NCBI GenBank assembly: GCA_039802605.1
Contig: JBDRWW010000007.1
Location: 1,891-65,890 of the forward strand
Direction of reading: 5' to 3'
DNA: 64,000 nt
Source of the DNA: a candidate division WOR-3 bacterium
GTDB lineage: Bacteria > Hydrothermota > Hydrothermia > LBFQ01
Position numbers and translations under genes: made by a program. The notes beneath the pieces were generated by a model. That model made no database searches, was not told the DNA's origin, and saw only the letters and a program-made list of their open reading frames with translations. Below are positions 1-11,411 of this stretch, in pieces; within the stretch, counting starts at the first letter, position 1, and every line of letters starts with the position of its first letter.

Positions 1-41
1 GGTGCCCGCGTTCAAGGCTAGTGCTTCCCTAAAAGCCCTGG

Positions 42-608
42 TTGCGGGTAAGAAGTAAAATTAACCTAACCAAAACCCTGCCCCCCTTGATTATCATACT
101 ATCGTGCAACTATTTTTCCTTACCTTCCCCGCCAAACCCTTCAAGCGAAGGCAACGAAATATTCCCGGATGAACCCTCCAAGGTTTTAACCAATTTTAAA
201 AACTCCTTGGAACTCTTTTACGACAAAACCGTTTATTTAAACTGCTTCTCCTCAAACTTTACATTTCAACCCGATAAGGGATTACCCTACCCTTTAAACC
301 AACCTTGGGAAAAGGGTGAGGAGGACAAAATTATTTCTAACCTTTTATACTCCCTTGATTTCAGTGTGTCAAATCCCGCAAGGGTATCATATACGGTTAA
401 TCACTCTTCAATTTCCTCCGATAGCGCGTATATGAATGTTTCTTTTGAGTTCAGGTTTATCTTCAAAAACATCGGGGAAAAGTTTGCAAGGTCACAAGCG
501 GATATATACCTTTTTAGGCAGGGGGATGGGAGGTGGGTTATAACATACTGGCAAGACAACAAACTGGATACCCTATCTTTTGGGGAGTTAAAATTTGAAT
601 TTAAATAA
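42..608 (+). CDS. hypothetical secreted/lipoprotein (start uncertain, TTG at 42)
   Basis: Open frame with an N-terminal hydrophobic stretch ending in a lipobox-like LSC (RVRSKINLTKTLPPLIIILSC). No recognisable catalytic motif. The ORF is closed upstream by a stop at 19-21 in another frame. Confidence 0.35.
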   Translation: MRVRSKINLTKTLPPLIIILSCNYFSLPSPPNPSSEGNEIFPDEPSKVLTNFKNSLELFYDKTVYLNCFSSNFTFQPDKGLPYPLNQPWEKGEEDKIISNLLYSLDFSVSNPARVSYTVNHSSISSDSAYMNVSFEFRFIFKNIGEKFARSQADIYLFRQGDGRWVITYWQDNKLDTLSFGELKFEFK

Positions 609-625
609 TCCACGGAAAAGGGTGT

Positions 626-2878
626 TTATTTAACCACTATCTTCTTTATACCCCCTCCTGTCTTTACGAAGTAGGTACCGGAGGTTAAGTAAACCCAACC
701 TTCGCCCTCAAAAACCTCTTTACCCGAAATTGAATAAACCCCGGCCCTATATGGCAGATAAAGCATTTTGCCTTCCAACCTTATGTCTTCTCTTGTTTTC
801 CCCTTTTCTTCAACGGCAAGTTCATCATCACCACCCAGGGCGCATGTCAACACCGTCCAGTACATATCCAAATCGGTAGCGGAATACCTATACACCCATA
901 ACGCCCCAAACCACCATTGTCCATAGGCACTTGGGGTTATTTTGTATGTGGTTCCATTTATCTGCCACCAGTTTTGCCAAAAACCACCACCCGAGAAAGA
1001 TGGAGGCCTAGGGGTTGATATGGTATCCGCCCGTGTAGTTCCACAATATTCGGGACCCCAAGAGGTTGGGCTTGTCCAAAGTGCCTTCATAACCGCAACC
1101 CTAAAAGTGTTGTTATATACCGTATAAGGTTCGGAGCAAAAAGGACCATCCCAAGTGTTGGGGCATTTGTGATAAAAAGCGGCATGGAATTCGTCCGCCG
1201 TTACCGATGTAATACCCGGACACCATTGCCACCTCGCCTCGGTATGAACCGTGGGTGTTCTGCTTTCAACGGTTGAATTGTCCAGGGCAAACCATGACCA
1301 TCCGGAAGGCGGAATACCGGTGGCGTGAAGGCCGTGAATATCACCATCCGTTGAAGACCATTGCCTCTCGTAAAGGATTAAACTCCTTGTGCTGCTAGCA
1401 CTCAAACTCCTTGAAACCGAAAGCCAAGGCTGGTTTACGGGTCTTGATGTCATATAAACCGTTGTTGATGTCCAAGAACCTCCCCAACCCCTGGAGGCAT
1501 CCGTAAACAAGTGTTCTATACGGTTACTGTTAGTATTGTTACATGGATCCGGACAACTGTTGGGGTTTTTCCAGTTATAAACCGCTTGTATAGTGTTATC
1601 GCCACCGTTAGACGAAGGGCAAACCGGAGAACTACCCCTAGGGTCATTTGAGGTTTCAAGCATTATTTGATTGTTATCGTATGCGGAACCGTTTCTGTTC
1701 GGTCCATCATAGGAGGTACTCCATGAAGCCCCACAATTCGTACTCCTTGCTATCCTAACACCCACCCCATCCGCAATACCATCACGGTCGGCATCAGAAG
1801 AGAAATTCAATTTATTCATCCCTATAAACCACCAATTGTCAAGTCCTGTGCATCCACAACTGCTCGTCCATTGTCCATAACATCCGCTCGTTCCCCAATT
1901 GAATTCCGCATTTACATAAGGTGTTATTGTGGATACGGTAGTATTATCAACCCAAACGCTAAAGCTATAAGAAAAGGGGTTGGATGCATGGAAAACGAAT
2001 GCCCCCACATCGTAATCGGGGAAATAATAATCGCTTGTATATGCCAAAACGAGGATTTTCCTATAATCCTCCTCCCCTATGGCAACCTCTCCGACATTGT
2101 AAGAAGGACTTTGGACACAGAACCATAGGTTCCATGTATTACCCTGATCGATGGATCTGGCAACTACGGCGCACTCATTTGTATGACTAACAGAACACCA
2201 TACACTGCAATTGCTAACATTAAAGGCCGCAACCAATGTGTCCGCACTTCCAACCTCAACGATTGTGGGATTATACTCATAAGCCGTACTCGTAGCAACG
2301 GCAATATTTGACCAGTTTGTACCGTCAAGGGGTGTGATTATTCCGTCATCCCATTTAAAGGGTTTTTTCATAACATCCTGTCTTGGTGGTGCGATTTGGG
2401 CGGGTTCAAGGTTTGCCTTTAACTTTTTCGCCTGTTCCTCATCCCTTATGGCATTTGCAAGTCTTATGGCATCGTCTATATAATCCTCCAAAAATACAAA
2501 ATCCCAAGGGTTATATGTTGATAGGAATTTGGCCTTGTATTCCAATATCCTCTCGTTTAACGGGTGTTCTTGGGGGCATGGCAGTCCCTTAACCTCGTAC
2601 CTTTCACATGTGGCCCTTTTTGCAGTCTTCTCGTAATATTCGTTCAATATCGGCCTTATGGATTCCCAATTTTGCGTAAGAGATTGGAATTTCTTTAAAG
2701 CGTACTGTAAATTAAACTCATCAACCCTCTTCTGCCTTTCGGGAGACCACCCGGGAAATGGGGCGGTTATACCCTCTTCGGTTTTTGATGTTATAACGGG
2801 GTTATCCCCTTTTATAGCTTGGGGAACCCCTTTAAAATCCTTCAACTGCGGCACCGATGTAATGAGTATCCACATCAT
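626..2878 (-). CDS. BNR/Asp-box repeat (sialidase-like) protein with T9SS-type C-terminal sorting domain
   Basis: Several Asp-box-like motifs ([23 protein letters not shown]) and a Trp/Gly/Ser/Thr-rich body. The C-terminal ~80 aa (…[45 protein letters not shown]) looks like a Por_Secre_tail / FlgD-like beta-sandwich. No obvious Sec signal peptide at the annotated N-terminus (MMWILITSV…). Confidence 0.55.
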   Translation of the reverse strand: MMWILITSVPQLKDFKGVPQAIKGDNPVITSKTEEGITAPFPGWSPERQKRVDEFNLQYALKKFQSLTQNWESIRPILNEYYEKTAKRATCERYEVKGLPCPQEHPLNERILEYKAKFLSTYNPWDFVFLEDYIDDAIRLANAIRDEEQAKKLKANLEPAQIAPPRQDVMKKPFKWDDGIITPLDGTNWSNIAVATSTAYEYNPTIVEVGSADTLVAAFNVSNCSVWCSVSHTNECAVVARSIDQGNTWNLWFCVQSPSYNVGEVAIGEEDYRKILVLAYTSDYYFPDYDVGAFVFHASNPFSYSFSVWVDNTTVSTITPYVNAEFNWGTSGCYGQWTSSCGCTGLDNWWFIGMNKLNFSSDADRDGIADGVGVRIARSTNCGASWSTSYDGPNRNGSAYDNNQIMLETSNDPRGSSPVCPSSNGGDNTIQAVYNWKNPNSCPDPCNNTNSNRIEHLFTDASRGWGGSWTSTTVYMTSRPVNQPWLSVSRSLSASSTRSLILYERQWSSTDGDIHGLHATGIPPSGWSWFALDNSTVESRTPTVHTEARWQWCPGITSVTADEFHAAFYHKCPNTWDGPFCSEPYTVYNNTFRVAVMKALWTSPTSWGPEYCGTTRADTISTPRPPSFSGGGFWQNWWQINGTTYKITPSAYGQWWFGALWVYRYSATDLDMYWTVLTCALGGDDELAVEEKGKTREDIRLEGKMLYLPYRAGVYSISGKEVFEGEGWVYLTSGTYFVKTGGGIKKIVVK

Positions 2879-2938
2879 AGAAATAATATTCTAAGGCTGA
2901 ACGGTTTCTTTTGTCAAACCCCTTTAAAATACCCGGTT

Positions 2939-3808
2939 ATGGCCGTGCTCCTAACATCCGAGAATAAGGTTATAGTTCAGGGGATAACGGGAAGGGATGG
3001 TTCTTTCCATACAAAGTTGATGCTTGAATACGGGACAAAGGTTGTTGGGGGGATAACACCCGGAAAGGAAGGGCAAGAGGTTCACGGGGTTCCCGTTTTT
3101 AATACCGTAAAGAAGGCCGTAAGGGAAACGGGTGCGGATACGAGTATTATATTCGTTCCCGCAAGGTTTGCCGCCGATGCCATAATGGAGGCGGCCGATG
3201 CCGGAATAAAGTTAATAGTTGTGATTACGGAGGGGATACCGGTTAAGGATATGTTGGAAGCCAAAGCTTTTGCCGAAAGTAAGGGGGCCAGGATAATAGG
3301 CCCAAACTGTCCTGGGCTTATAACTCCTGGGCAATCAAAGGTTGGGATATTACCCGCACACATATTTAAACCCGGAAAAATAGGGGTTGTTTCAAGGAGC
3401 GGAACACTAACATACGAAATAGTTTCACATCTTACGGCGAATGGTTTCGGTCAGAGTACGGCCATTGGGATAGGTGGAGACCCAATAATAGGCACAAAGT
3501 TCGTTGATGTTTTAAAGTTGTTTAAAGAGGATCCGGATACGGAGGCCGTTGTACTAATAGGTGAAATAGGTGGAACGGATGAACAGGATGCCGCCGAATA
3601 TATAAAAAACGAATTCAACAAACCGGTTGTGGCGTTTATAGCGGGTAGAACGGCACCAAGGGAAAAGAGGATGGGGCATGCGGGTGCGATAATAATGGGT
3701 TCAGAGGGAACTTATGAAGAAAAGAGGAAAAAGTTTGAAGAGGTTGGGGTGAAGGTTGCCGATCTACCCGAGGAGGTGCCAAAGTTGTTAAAGGAGGTTT
3801 TGGGATAA
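2939..3808 (+). CDS. sucD: succinyl-CoA synthetase alpha subunit
   Basis: [26 protein letters not shown]… CoA-binding N-terminus; phospho-His motif [14 protein letters not shown]; typical SucD C-terminus. Start set at the internal ATG (2939), because the longer ORF (2819) overlaps the convergent upstream gene. No sucC adjacent. Confidence 0.85.
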   Translation: MAVLLTSENKVIVQGITGRDGSFHTKLMLEYGTKVVGGITPGKEGQEVHGVPVFNTVKKAVRETGADTSIIFVPARFAADAIMEAADAGIKLIVVITEGIPVKDMLEAKAFAESKGARIIGPNCPGLITPGQSKVGILPAHIFKPGKIGVVSRSGTLTYEIVSHLTANGFGQSTAIGIGGDPIIGTKFVDVLKLFKEDPDTEAVVLIGEIGGTDEQDAAEYIKNEFNKPVVAFIAGRTAPREKRMGHAGAIIMGSEGTYEEKRKKFEEVGVKVADLPEEVPKLLKEVLG

Positions 3809-4530
3809 TGCCGAAGGTTGATAGGTTCTTTTATGTTGAAGGTGGTGAGGGGGATAAAGAGGTTTTATTTATACACGGGGCTGGGGGTTCCCATCAAAAC
3901 TGGATATTGCAGATAAGGAATCCTTTGGAAGGGTACCGTTTTGTATCCCTTGATTTACCGGGACATGGTAAGACAGAGGGAAGCCCAAAGGATTCGGCGG
4001 AAGGTTATGCGGAAGATGTAATAGAATTTGTTGAGAAGAAGGGGCTTAAAAATATCGTTTCTATCGTCGGGCATTCCCTGGGTGGGTGTATAGCCTTATG
4101 GTGTTATTTTAAAGGTTTGGATACCAAATCTTTGGTTCTGGTTTCATCCGCTTTGAAACTATGGGGGGCGAAGGCCTTTAACGAACCCCCCGATAGGTAT
4201 GCGATATGCGATTCCCTTTTTTACGATTGGAGGTTAAGGGCTCAGTGCAAGAAAGGTAATATAGGATTGTTTAACCTGGATTTTGAGGTTTTGAAGGCGG
4301 ATTTAAAGGCGGCAGAAAACTGCGATTTAAGGGGATTTGCCGATAAAATCCAAGTGCCGGTTTTGTTCGTGTACGGATATTTTGATAAGATGTTGCCTTT
4401 TTGGGCGGTTGATGAAAGCTTTTACCTTCTAAGGGATAGGGCTAAAAAAGTGGGCGTTGAGGCCGCACATATGCCAATGGTGGAAAAGCCCGAGGTTTTC
4501 AATTCAATATTAAAAAACTTCCTACCATAA
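3808..4530 (+). CDS. alpha/beta-fold hydrolase (esterase/lipase-like)
   Basis: Nucleophile elbow IVGHSLGGCIAL. Protein of ~240 aa. ATGA overlap with the sucD stop suggests translational coupling. Confidence 0.65.
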   Translation: MPKVDRFFYVEGGEGDKEVLFIHGAGGSHQNWILQIRNPLEGYRFVSLDLPGHGKTEGSPKDSAEGYAEDVIEFVEKKGLKNIVSIVGHSLGGCIALWCYFKGLDTKSLVLVSSALKLWGAKAFNEPPDRYAICDSLFYDWRLRAQCKKGNIGLFNLDFEVLKADLKAAENCDLRGFADKIQVPVLFVYGYFDKMLPFWAVDESFYLLRDRAKKVGVEAAHMPMVEKPEVFNSILKNFLP

Positions 4531-6157
<1,627 letters not shown>

Positions 6158-6161
<4 letters not shown>

Positions 6162-7813
6162 TAAACCTTTTACTTTTGACATTACCCTCGGTTGATAGCA
6201 TTAAGGCAAATGTGTATTTCCTAGCCTCGGAAAAATGCGAGGGTAGATTTACGGGCTCAAAGGGCGAAAAAATAGCAAGGGAATACATAAAGAAAAAGTT
6301 GAGATCTTACGGTTATAAAGTTGGGGAACAAGGGTTTAAGGTTTTGGTAAAGTTGGAGGCAGGAAAGGGAACTTTTTTCAAAATCGGGAAAAGCGAATTT
6401 CAATTGAATAAGGACTTTTTGCCCCTTTCGTTTTCATCCGAGGGAAAGGTTAAGGGGGAGGTGGTTTTTGCGGGATGGGGAATAGACGATTCCACATATA
6501 GCGATTACCAAAACTTGGATGTAAAGGATAAGATAGTTTTATTGTTCAGATATTCAAAGGAGGATAGCGCCAACCGTTTTGAAAGTTTCGCGGATATACC
6601 CACAAAACTAAGGATAGCAAGGGAAAAGGGTGCTAAGGGTGTAATACTCGTAAATCCACCGGATTATGAGGATGAACTGAGGCCTATAAGGGTTAATGAA
6701 TTCCAGAATTCGGGAATATTGGCTGTAATGGTAAAAAGGGAGGTTGCGGAGAGGATACTAGGCAGGGATATTAAAACCCTATACGATAGCCTGAAATTAA
6801 AATATATGTCTTTCAACACGGGTAAAACCGTTGAAATGGGTGTAAAGTTCAAGAAGCTATATAAAAAATCCGCAAATGTTTATGCCGTTTTGAACGGTAA
6901 GAGGGGAAAGTGGATAATTTTTGGGGCACATTATGACCACCTAGGATGGGGGGGAATTGGGAGCGGTTCTCTAAAACCCGATACCAATGCAATACACCCC
7001 GGTGCGGACGATAACGCCTCGGGCGTTTCCCTGGTTTTGGAGGCCGCAAGGGTTATGTCAAAGAACAAACCAAATGTTGGGTATATCTTTGTGTTTTTCA
7101 GTGGGGAGGAATTGGGTTTGTTGGGTTCAAAGGAGTTCGTAAAACACCTTCCCGTTCCCAAGGAAAGCGTTATAGTTTATCTGAACTTTGATATGGTTGG
7201 AAGGTTAAGGGATTCCGCGTTTTCTGTTTTGGGAGCAAAAAGTGGAGAGGGTTTTGACGAGTTGGTGGAAAGGGTAGCCCAAAAAAACGGTTTTAAGATT
7301 GCCTTGGGTGAGGGGGCCGTTGGTCCGAGTGATCACACATCCTTCTACCTCGCGGGTATACCTGTCGCCTTTTTCTTCACGGGAACCCATGAGGATTACC
7401 ACAAGCCTTCGGATACACCCGATAAAATAAATTACGAGGGGATAAGAGAAATCCTAAAAATAGCCCTTGAAATTGCGGACAGTTTGGGTAATAGGGGTTA
7501 TATGAAGTATGTTAGGGTTAAGGAAGAGTACGAGGGTAGAAGGACGGCTAGGTTAAAGGTTAAATTGGGAATTATACCCGCTTATGGGGCTCCGGTTGAG
7601 GGGGTACAAGTTGATGGCGTTGTCCCGGGTGGCGTTGCGGAAACAAGCGGTATTAAGGCTGGGGATATTATTGTTTCCATTGGCGGTAAAACGATAAAAA
7701 ACCTTTACGATTATATGGATGTTATGTCAAGGTATAATCCGGGGGATAGAACCGTAATAGTGGTCAGGAGGAGTGGGGAATTCGTTGAAATACCCGTTGA
7801 ATTTCCAAAATGA
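6158..7813 (+). CDS. M28-family zinc aminopeptidase with PA domain and C-terminal PDZ domain
   Basis: M28 metal-ligand region HYDHLGWGG…HPGADDNASGVS…FFSGEELGLLGS. C-terminal PDZ-like segment GVQVDGVVPGGVAETSGIKAGDIIVSIGGKTI. Confidence 0.7.
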
Positions 7814-8142
7814 GGGGGAAAAGGAAAAAAGATGTTAAAAAACTCTATTACACAAAATCCGAGGTAATGCAGATCACGGGTTTAAATTACCAACAAATAA
7901 AGGCTTTTGAGGATAAGAAGTTTATAACCCCGGCAAAAATCCAAAACCGTAGGAGATATTACTCATACGAAAGCCTAAAAAAGTTAAAATTGGCATCCGC
8001 CCTTTTGGAAAATCATAGCATAAACGATATAGTTTCAAATTTTGATAAGATGGTTTTGGAGGCAAAGATGAGCCTCTACAAAAAGACCCTTTCGCAAATA
8101 AAAAATAAGATAGAAATGCTCCTCAACGGTCATCAATCCTGA
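7810..8142 (+). CDS. MerR-like HTH transcriptional regulator (short)
   Basis: YYTKSEVMQITGLNYQQIKAFEDKKFITPAKIQNRRRYYSYESLKKLKL matches the MerR-family HTH plus wing pattern. The 110 aa contain no effector domain. Confidence 0.45.
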   Translation: MRGKRKKDVKKLYYTKSEVMQITGLNYQQIKAFEDKKFITPAKIQNRRRYYSYESLKKLKLASALLENHSINDIVSNFDKMVLEAKMSLYKKTLSQIKNKIEMLLNGHQS

Positions 8143-8683
8143 CAAATGTGCGTTTATCTATAAACGAAACTAGACTGTCCTTTATGAATAAGCTATCACC
8201 CCCAAGGGCAATGGAGCTTATCCCGTATTTGCAAAACTTAAAGGTATAGTGCCTTATGCTGTAAATGTTATTGCTATCCCTTGTAATCCTGCTTTCTACT
8301 ATAAAACAATCCCCTTCCCTAATTTCTCTCCCCGAAGATGTGGTATTATACCCCTCCAATTGCCAAGAGGTTTCCGAAAGGGGGTATATAAATAGGGGTA
8401 TTCCATCGGCCTTTATCCATTCCCCATCCCTTTCCATAACCATCCTCTCCCCCGCAATCTCCCAATAATAATTCCCCTCGGAATGATAAGCCTTAAACTT
8501 CGTATAGTATTTCCCATCCCCCAGCATATCAACCTCATAATCCTCCCCAAAATTGATATAATCGTAGGTAAGGTATCCTATGTTTTTACACGAAATTAGG
8601 AAAAAAACTATAATAAGCCTTTTCAAGGGGTTTGGGAATTTTAAGGTTGTCCCTTGTGTTGGGTGAATTTCAATCGGGCTCAT
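8123..8683 (-). CDS. hypothetical lipoprotein
   Basis: Lipobox-like LISCKN near the N-terminus. No recognisable motifs. Last gene of a long minus-strand co-directional block. Confidence 0.35.
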   Translation of the reverse strand: MSPIEIHPTQGTTLKFPNPLKRLIIVFFLISCKNIGYLTYDYINFGEDYEVDMLGDGKYYTKFKAYHSEGNYYWEIAGERMVMERDGEWIKADGIPLFIYPLSETSWQLEGYNTTSSGREIREGDCFIVESRITRDSNNIYSIRHYTFKFCKYGISSIALGGDSLFIKDSLVSFIDKRTFVRIDDR

Positions 8684-9608
8684 GACCCGGATTTATTGTA
8701 AGGATATCTAATCCCCTTACCGTTGCATATGGCACATAACCTTTCTTTTTTGCTTTTGAATAAAAATCATCAATTAGATCCTTTTGGGTAACATAGTCTA
8801 TAACCAAAACAAGTTTGCCAGCCCGTCTAAAAACATCAAGATGGGCTATAATACTATCAGTCTCTTCGGGTGAACGGGGTGTGTTATCAATATACCAAGT
8901 ATCTTCCCTACCAATACCATCGACTACCTGAAGATAATCCGGGTGAGAAGAAAGGGCCTCGCCATTTTGTGGAATGATTAAGAAATTCTTTCTGCCTTTG
9001 GTTACCCGGGCGTAGTTGGCAATGGCTTTCACAAAATCCACCATTTCCTGCTCTGCTGTTTCTCTGTTCAAGCCACTCTCACCTCCTGGTCCCCAATATT
9101 CGTAAGCATCAATTACATCAAGATATACACCATCAAAATTTGCTTCAATGACCTTGTCAAGATACTGAAAAATTATAGATTGCCACTCCTTTTCCCAATA
9201 TTTCACTTTATAATTTCCAGGCCAATCAGGGTTTTCAGGCCCAAGCCAGGATGGTGCTTCGGGGTCAGGGATGCCATTCGCGTCCGCATCCCAACTGTCG
9301 TTCCAATACCACCTATAGTTTTCAGCCTCACCAATGCTCATATACGCCAACACGAGCTTGGGTCCGCCGGGACTATTTTTAAGGGCAGCAATTTGCTCAG
9401 CATTGAATTTACCACTTTCACTTCCATTGGAGGAGTAATCAATTATAACTAAATCGTATTTTGTTTCCCCTATTGCTGTCAGGTCTATATTTTGCAACTG
9501 ATATACAAAGTCATTAACATCATCGAGTGTTAAGGGTTCCAAGGGATTTTTATAACAACGGGCAAAAAACAAAGTAACTATTAATAAACCCCCTCTCAAC
9601 TTCTTCAT
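8670..9608 (-). CDS. glycoside hydrolase family 114-like (TM1410-type, putative endo-alpha-1,4-polygalactosaminidase)
   Basis: Signal peptide MKKLRGGLLIVTLFFARC. The motifs VLAYMSIGEAENYRWYW and GVYLDVIDAYEYW are typical of the GH114/TM1410 TIM-barrel family. Confidence 0.55.
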   Translation of the reverse strand: MKKLRGGLLIVTLFFARCYKNPLEPLTLDDVNDFVYQLQNIDLTAIGETKYDLVIIDYSSNGSESGKFNAEQIAALKNSPGGPKLVLAYMSIGEAENYRWYWNDSWDADANGIPDPEAPSWLGPENPDWPGNYKVKYWEKEWQSIIFQYLDKVIEANFDGVYLDVIDAYEYWGPGGESGLNRETAEQEMVDFVKAIANYARVTKGRKNFLIIPQNGEALSSHPDYLQVVDGIGREDTWYIDNTPRSPEETDSIIAHLDVFRRAGKLVLVIDYVTQKDLIDDFYSKAKKKGYVPYATVRGLDILTINPGHEPD

Positions 9609-9636
9609 AGGTAAGCATTATAAGATTGGAAAAATT

Positions 9637-10335
9637 TTAGGATAACAACTCAATAAGGAAGTCTGTGAGTTTTTCGTATATCTCCTTGTTCAAACCACTT
9701 AAAGCCTTTTTGTGCATTTCAACGGTTTCGAAATCACCCCTGCGAACGGGCCCCGTTAAGCCTTCCTTCCCAAACTTTAAAAAGTTTTTTACGGATGTCA
9801 ATAAAAGTTTTTCGTAATCCTCCCTTTGCAAACCCAACCCTTTAAATATCCTCTCTGAGGTTAGAAGGGGCACATATATTAAGTTTGAAAGCAAGACGGC
9901 GGCGGCGTGGTATAAAACCTTTTTATCCCTTTCAATAGTCTTAAACCTCAAACCCAGATTTTCGGATAAACCCCTTAAAACATTAATAGCCCTATCGGTT
10001 CCCTCCACCACAACGGTTATACCATTCCACAAATCCGGGTCGGGTTCGGAAAAGGCCTGTAAGGGATGAAAGGATGCCCTTTCTTTATCCTTAGGAAGTA
10101 TTTCAGAGGTTAATGCACCGGAAAAATGGCAAAAAACCGGAAAGTCCAAATGAAAGTATTGCCTTGAAACCTCCTCAATTTCCGCATCCTTGGAGGCTAT
10201 AAAAAGTATATCCCCCCTTTCAAACAATTCACCACCTTTGCGGCGGGAAAATATTTTAACATCAAAACCCTTACCCTTTAAAAACAGATAGAAAGAATAC
10301 CCAACCCTACCCTTGCCTATTATTTGAACCCTCAT
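9637..10335 (-). CDS. Rossmann-fold NAD(P)-binding protein, DUF2520-like
   Basis: N-terminal dinucleotide-binding motif MRVQIIGKGRVGYSF. C-terminal YHAAAVLLSNL segment typical of DUF2520 proteins. Confidence 0.5.
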   Translation of the reverse strand: MRVQIIGKGRVGYSFYLFLKGKGFDVKIFSRRKGGELFERGDILFIASKDAEIEEVSRQYFHLDFPVFCHFSGALTSEILPKDKERASFHPLQAFSEPDPDLWNGITVVVEGTDRAINVLRGLSENLGLRFKTIERDKKVLYHAAAVLLSNLIYVPLLTSERIFKGLGLQREDYEKLLLTSVKNFLKFGKEGLTGPVRRGDFETVEMHKKALSGLNKEIYEKLTDFLIELLS

Positions 10336-11041
10336 ACTTCCAAGCCTTTTGAAGAATAAAGGAAGATGAAACCAAGGCGGCGGTTTCCACGCGGAGGATT
10401 ATACCCCCAAGGCTAAAACCCTCAAAACCCGATTTTATTATATTTTCCTTTTCTTCATCCGTGAAATCCCCTTCCGGACCTATGAGGATAATGGTCTTTC
10501 TCCCGTAATCCGCATCATATATGTATTTTTCCGAGCCTATCAAACCGGCGAGTTTTTTATCAAAATCTCCGGATATACTCAAAACCTCTTCCAAAGGTTT
10601 GGGTTCCGTTATTTCCGGTATATCCGACCTTCCGCATTGTTTAACGGCCGATATTATAATCCTCTCCCACCTGTCCTTTTTTTCCTTTGGCCTTTTAACC
10701 GTCCTTTCGCATATAGTCGGTATAATCCTTGAAACCCCTATTTCCACGAGTTTTTCTATTAAATCGTCAAACCTCGTACCCTTTGGAGGGGATACCGCCA
10801 CTGTTAATTCTATTGGAGGCAGGAGTTTTGGCAATTCTTGCAAAATCTTAACCTTAGCAACATCCCTTTCAAAGGAAACTATTTCTGCCAAGTATTCCCT
10901 TTTCCCATCAAAAACCCTAAGTTTGTCCCCCAATTTCATCCTCAAAACCCTCTTTAAGTGGTGATATTCCCCACCCTCTATTATTCCAAAATCCCCTTCA
11001 AACCTTCCCAAAAATCTATGAAGAGATCCTATATTGAGCAT
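10307..11041 (-). CDS. rsmE: 16S rRNA (uracil1498-N3)-methyltransferase
   Basis: RsmE pattern: PUA-like N-terminus (HHLKRVLRMKLGDKLRVFDGKREYLAEI) and SPOUT C-terminus ILIGPEGDFTDEE…GGIILRVETAAL. Confidence 0.8.
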   Translation of the reverse strand: MLNIGSLHRFLGRFEGDFGIIEGGEYHHLKRVLRMKLGDKLRVFDGKREYLAEIVSFERDVAKVKILQELPKLLPPIELTVAVSPPKGTRFDDLIEKLVEIGVSRIIPTICERTVKRPKEKKDRWERIIISAVKQCGRSDIPEITEPKPLEEVLSISGDFDKKLAGLIGSEKYIYDADYGRKTIILIGPEGDFTDEEKENIIKSGFEGFSLGGIILRVETAALVSSSFILQKAWKYEGSNNRQG

Positions 11042-11411
11042 AGGTTATTAACCAAATAATGCATAAGGTTATTAATAATACGGTGGCTGAAAAGTTTGAC
11101 TTCCACAAAAGTGTCCTTAAAATCACATCCAAAATGTAGTATCCGGATGACGCCAAGGCAACCAATACCCAACTAAAAGATAGCCTACTAAGGGTTATAA
11201 CGGCAAGGGTTAGTAAAAATGGGGAATACCAAGGCAATGTTGTAAAAAGGCCATCCCTGATTATCCCCATAACAACGAATATTGCCAAGGAGAATGTCCT
11301 TTTAAGGGTTGGGGAAAGGGGCAAAACCGCAAAAGTAGGATCAAAATATATTTTCACCGTGGTGCTTAAAAGCGTTAATATTCCCCCGATTACAACGATT
11401 ATGTAGTTCAA
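11016..11411 (-). CDS. hypothetical integral membrane protein
   Basis: 131 aa with 3-4 predicted TM helices. Overlaps rsmE and abuts the GGR gene in the same operon. Confidence 0.35.
   Translation of the reverse strand: MNYIIVVIGGILTLLSTTVKIYFDPTFAVLPLSPTLKRTFSLAIFVVMGIIRDGLFTTLPWYSPFLLTLAVITLSRLSFSWVLVALASSGYYILDVILRTLLWKSNFSATVLLITLCIIWLITYAQYRISS

Noticed and set aside
1-41. Possible 3' end of a tRNA or structured RNA at the window edge (cccgc…gcggg inverted repeat, GTTCAAgg resembling a T-loop)
   Set aside because: The T-loop-like match is imperfect (no GGTTCGAATCC-type consensus and no CCA-adjacent acceptor pairing). The inverted repeat encloses a 35-nt loop. Too little sequence to support any call.
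2819-2938. Longer sucD ORF starting at 2819
   Set aside because: The extension overlaps the 5' end of the convergently annotated BNR gene and encodes a non-SucD-like, His/Arg-rich peptide. The conserved SucD N-terminus begins at the Met at 2939.
3082-3363. Numerous 60-150-aa ORFs embedded antisense or out of frame in strong genes (e.g. 3082..3363, 4422..4781, 17942..18202, 19232..19768, 42631..42912, 50967..51389, 58845..59159)
   Set aside because: Each is fully overlapped by a longer ORF with clear family motifs. Their low-complexity, Pro/Ser-rich composition is typical of shadow ORFs.
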